Both the position numbers and the translations under genes were made by a program. From the NCBI GenBank assembly GCA_963707215.1, contig CAVPPB010000003.1, positions 672,001 through 736,000 on the forward strand: 64,000 nt of DNA, read 5' to 3'. Below, one piece after another: positions 61,630 through 64,000 of the stretch. Source of the stretch: an uncultured Chloroflexia bacterium (GTDB lineage Bacteria > Chloroflexota > Limnocylindria > Limnocylindrales > CSP1-4). Within the stretch, counting starts at the first letter, position 1. The number at the start of each line of letters is the position of its first letter. Under the pieces are notes generated by a model. It was not told where the DNA came from and did not search any database. It worked only from the letters and a program-made list of their open reading frames with translations.

Positions 61630-63303
61630 ATGAGCGAGGACGAACCGACGGCGCGACCCCTGGTCCCGCAGCCGCTCGCGCGAGGGTCGCGGCGAGCGGT
61701 CGTAGCACCTCATCACCTGGCCACCGGCGCGGGCCTGGGTGTCCTTGCCGCCGGGGGATCCGCGGTCGACGCGGCGATCGCCACCAACGCCGTCCTGGCC
61801 GTCGTGGCACCGAGCGGCTGCGGCCTCGGCGGTGACGCCTTCTGGCTCGTCTGGGACCCGCGCGAGGGCCGCCAGGTCGGCCTCAACGGATCCGGGCGGG
61901 CGGCCCGGGCGCTCTCGGCGGACGCCCTGCTCGCAACGGGCCTGGCACGGATACCCCACCGGGGCCCGCTGACGATCACCGTCCCCGGGGCGGTCCGCTC
62001 GTGGGGCGACGCCCACCGGCGCTGGGGTCGCCTCGACCGCGCCGCGATCCTGGGGCCGGCGATCGCGCTGGCCGAGGGCGGCTTCCCGGCCAGCGACGGC
62101 TTCAGCGGGGCCGTAGAGCGAGCGGCGCCATGGGTGGCGGCGGGGCTCGGGGCGGACAGCGGCTGGGCCGCCCTCTTCCGCCCGAACGGACGACCCTGGC
62201 GACCCGGCGAGATCGTCCGGATGCCGGCCCTCGCGGCGACGCTCCGTCGGATCGCGGATGCCGGTTTCGACGACCTCTACGACGGGGATCTTGCGGAGCG
62301 CCAGGCCAGCGGACTGGCGGCGGCCGGCTCGCCGCTGACCGTGGACGATCTGCGCTCCCACGCCTCGACCTGGGTCGACCCGATCGCCACGAGCTACCGG
62401 GGCACGACGGTCACGACCGTCCCTCCGAACAGCCAGGGGATCACGGCCCTCCAGGCCCTGGCCATCCTGGAGCGTTTCGAGCCGCCGCCGACCGACGCGT
62501 TCGGGCCGGCGGGCGTGGAGGGGGCCGAGTGGATCCACCTCGGCGTCGAGGCGGCCAAGCTGGCCATGGAAGATCGGGACGCCTTCGTAACGGATCCGGA
62601 GCGCATGACGCTCCCGGTCGACCGCCTCCTCGACCCCGACCGGATCGCCGCCATGGCCGCCCGGATCGATCGTCGCCGGGCCGGCCTCGCGCCGGCCGCG
62701 ACGAACCCCCGCGGCGGCGGCACGATCTGGCTCGGCGTGGTCGATGACCAGGGGATGTGCGTGAGCCTCATCGAGTCGAACTACAGCGGCTTCGGTTCTG
62801 GGGTCGCCGACCCGGCCACCGGCATCCACTACCAGAACCGGGGCAGCTACTTCAGCCTGGAGTCCGGCCACCCGAACCGGCTCGAGCCGGCCAAGCGGAC
62901 GCTCCACACCCTGATGCCGGGGATGCTCCTGCGCGAGGGTCGGCCGTGGGTCGTCGTCGGCTCGATGGGCGGCGACGCCCAGCCGCAGATCCACGCCCAG
63001 GTCGTCTCGAACCTCGTCGACGGGGCGGTCGACGTCGCGACGGCCGTCGGGGCACCCCGCTGGTTCGTCGAGCCGGCCGAGCACTTCGCCCCGCCGATCG
63101 AGGTGCGAGCGGAGCCGCGGTTCCCGGCAGGGGTCCTCGATCGCCTGGAGGACATGGGCCACCCGGTGACCCGGACCGACCCCTTCGATCCGTTGCTCGG
63201 GCACTGCCACGCGATCGAGCTGGTCGATGGCGGGCCGCTTGCGGGCGGCAGCCTGGCGGCCGCCACGGACCCCCGCAGCGAGGGCCTCCCGGCGGTCGGC
63301 TGA
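61630..63303 (+). CDS. ggt: Gamma-glutamyltransferase family protein
   Basis: GGSAVDAAIA, GLGGD, TVPG, PPNSQG, GGT (Thr nucleophile), GSMGGDAQPQ and DPRSEG motifs. Confidence 0.9.
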   Translation: MSEDEPTARPLVPQPLARGSRRAVVAPHHLATGAGLGVLAAGGSAVDAAIATNAVLAVVAPSGCGLGGDAFWLVWDPREGRQVGLNGSGRAARALSADALLATGLARIPHRGPLTITVPGAVRSWGDAHRRWGRLDRAAILGPAIALAEGGFPASDGFSGAVERAAPWVAAGLGADSGWAALFRPNGRPWRPGEIVRMPALAATLRRIADAGFDDLYDGDLAERQASGLAAAGSPLTVDDLRSHASTWVDPIATSYRGTTVTTVPPNSQGITALQALAILERFEPPPTDAFGPAGVEGAEWIHLGVEAAKLAMEDRDAFVTDPERMTLPVDRLLDPDRIAAMAARIDRRRAGLAPAATNPRGGGTIWLGVVDDQGMCVSLIESNYSGFGSGVADPATGIHYQNRGSYFSLESGHPNRLEPAKRTLHTLMPGMLLREGRPWVVVGSMGGDAQPQIHAQVVSNLVDGAVDVATAVGAPRWFVEPAEHFAPPIEVRAEPRFPAGVLDRLEDMGHPVTRTDPFDPLLGHCHAIELVDGGPLAGGSLAAATDPRSEGLPAVG

Positions 63304-63390
63304 GGACCACGGTCGCTATACTCGGGTCCCGCCGGTGACCGCCGCGCTCGCATGGGGTCACCGGCGTCGATCTCGCCCCCGGAGGGTCCC

Positions 63391-63663
63391 GTGACCTCGA
63401 ACGTCAGCCAGAGCTACCCGTACACCAGCGAGACCGAGGCCGAGCGGGCCGCACGGATCGCCGTCCTCGTCGCGGATCGCGAGGGCCTGGGAGACCGGAT
63501 CGCCGTCGAGACGACCCCGCTGGACAGGGCCGAGCGACGCTGGGTCTACAAGTGCCCGACGGCCGGCTGTGCGGGCCTCCTGCACGCCGCCGGGTACGCC
63601 CTCGATCACCACGCCGTCTTCGTGGTCTGCGACGGGACCTGCGCCAAGACGTTCCTCCGCTGA
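63391..63663 (+). CDS. Small Cys/His (zinc-ribbon-like) hypothetical protein
   Basis: CPTAGC..H..CDGTC; SD GGAGG before GTG 63391. Confidence 0.7.
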   Translation: MTSNVSQSYPYTSETEAERAARIAVLVADREGLGDRIAVETTPLDRAERRWVYKCPTAGCAGLLHAAGYALDHHAVFVVCDGTCAKTFLR

Positions 63664-63673
63664 GCGCACGGCC

Positions 63674-64000
63674 GTGACCGGCCCGGGCACCGATCGCGCC
63701 GTTCCGCCCTCCACCGCATCGGCTGCGCCCGCACCGGAAGACGGAACGGCCCTCGGCTCGCCCGGGGCTGCCGACCTGGCGAGCTCGCGGCGGACGCTGG
63801 TCCTCGACGGGATGGGCATCATCGTCACGGCCATCGGCTTCGGGGTGGTCTACGGCCTCTCCGCCCGGGAGGCCGGCCTGTCCATGGTCGAGACGATGGC
63901 CATGAGCGTCTTCGTCTTTGCCGGCGCCGCCCAGTTCGCCGCCGTCGGCTACCTGGTCCAGGGGCTGGGCTGGCCGGCCATCCTCCTGCTGACCGCCTTC
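63674..64000 (+). CDS. AzlC family branched-chain amino acid exporter permease (partial)
   Basis: FGVVYGLSAREAGLS...MSVFVFAGAAQF. Confidence 0.85.
   Translation, partial: MTGPGTDRAVPPSTASAAPAPEDGTALGSPGAADLASSRRTLVLDGMGIIVTAIGFGVVYGLSAREAGLSMVETMAMSVFVFAGAAQFAAVGYLVQGLGWPAILLLTAF

Overview
High-GC bacterial chromosome segment; the gene content (T-box, class I LysRS, DegV, type III CoaX) suggests Chloroflexota, which is inference only. Positions 0.7-16.7 kb hold an accessory catabolic cluster: two back-to-back hydantoinase/oxoprolinase A+B pairs, a C45 acylase, two SDRs, a polysaccharide-deacetylase-family hydrolase, a Liv-type ABC importer and a decayed LLM-oxygenase stub. Next come tRNA-Arg(GCG) and tRNA-Ser(GCT), then a complete shikimate operon (aroF-A-E-C-KB-Q-CM-gluQ) preceded by a Tyr/Phe-rich leader-peptide attenuator. 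It converges on a trp operon that is controlled by a Trp T-box and carries an apparent TrpC-TrpF-TrpB triple fusion. The rest is mostly housekeeping: tRNA-Ser(TGA), serS, lysS, greA, argR, uppP, hppA, ndk, an M16 peptidase, an NCS2 permease, coaX-coaBC-panB-panC, gdhA, DegV, MFS, GGT and AzlC. Orphans of note are a candidate R-S-E ADP-ribosyltransferase, an AT-hook protein and a lone MrpD/NuoN-like module. Five single-base frameshifts in conserved genes are most likely assembly errors. No integrase, transposase or CRISPR array was seen. All protein-family calls are by-eye motif recognition; no database search was run.
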